A stretch of DNA of 64,000 bases from an uncultured virus (IMG/VR IMGVR_UViG_3300032087_004917) (taxonomy: Duplodnaviria; Heunggongvirae; Uroviricota; Caudoviricetes), in IMG/VR virus record IMGVR_UViG_3300032087_004917; one strand, 5' to 3'. The notes beneath the pieces are model-generated. The model saw only the letters and a program-made list of their open reading frames with translations, did no database searches and was not told where the DNA came from. Every line of letters starts with the position of its first letter. The stretch's first letter is position 1. A program made the position numbers and the translations under genes. Positions 63,660 through 64,000 of this stretch are shown here, in pieces.

Positions 63660-64000
63660 CACCGCCTAAGAACTTCCTCCAGTCAATAGCCGCTTTGATC
63701 TTCATGTGTCGGAAGGAGACTTCTTTGACAACCTCTTCAAGATAATCCACGATTGACTTGATATAAACAATCACTTCTTTTCTTTTACACAGATCCTCAT
63801 CACCATTGAGATAAATCCCAATATCATTACGAAGAATCTTGTGATCAAAAGGCTCCCATCCACGCTCACGCAATGTCTGTTCGTCCATTTTCCCACTGTA
63901 ATATTCCCACTTCAAGCGGTATAGGCGATTGTATTCATTTGTTGCTTTTTCTAGCCTCAACTTCGCATCATGATAAAAATTAAGATACTTGCTGTGAAGT
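63655..64000 (-). CDS. uvsY: UvsY recombination mediator (5' end outside the window)
   Basis: LHSKYL..WEYYSGK..PFD.K..IK.AIDWRKF..G. Confidence 0.9.
   Translation of the reverse strand, partial: LHSKYLNFYHDAKLRLEKATNEYNRLYRLKWEYYSGKMDEQTLRERGWEPFDHKILRNDIGIYLNGDEDLCKRKEVIVYIKSIVDYLEEVVKEVSFRHMKIKAAIDWRKFLGGA

Noticed and set aside
1..64000. tRNAs, CRISPR arrays, introns/inteins, stop-codon recoding
   Set aside because: Intergenic gaps are too short and show no cloverleaf or repeat-spacer pattern; core genes are normal length and uninterrupted in the standard code

Overview
This window is a 64 kb segment of a large T4-like myovirus genome with no tRNA, rRNA or CRISPR array. From ~11.7 kb onward the minus strand carries the T4-type replication and recombination core: uvsY, uvsW, gp55, gp47, gp46, gp45, gp44, gp62, regA, gp43, uvsX, gp41, gp61, thyX, a class II RNR and a RuvC-like resolvase. 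Host-derived envelope genes point to a Phycisphaerales (Planctomycetota) host: a PAPGA-type PEP-CTERM protein, a secreted protein with a planctomycete-type dockerin tail, TonB and a porin. Highlights: (1) About 13 late-promoter-linked proteins begin with a T4 internal-protein-like capsid-targeting leader (MK[ST]FxxF[ILV]xE) or a variant of it. This suggests a virion-packaged, protease-matured effector arsenal: restriction-like nuclease, ligase-like nucleotidyltransferase, RimK/RimB/M14 glutamylation enzymes, PAP2 phosphatase, ParB-like protein and two polyproteins. (2) GGCC, AGCT and CCWGG appear absent by eye, alongside a packaged HaeIII-like nuclease. (3) A ~22 kb glycan island holds a GDP-colitose pathway, a GT2-TPR gene next to a G-x-T collagen-like fibre, and an unexplained AroB/SDR/HAD/SIS/aminotransferase/CMP-transferase/GT29 pathway. 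(4) Regulatory elements include a ROSE-like thermometer on hsp20, leaderless sigma70-type promoters and a PhoB-like direct-repeat promoter. All calls are motif recognition by eye; no database searches or counts were run.
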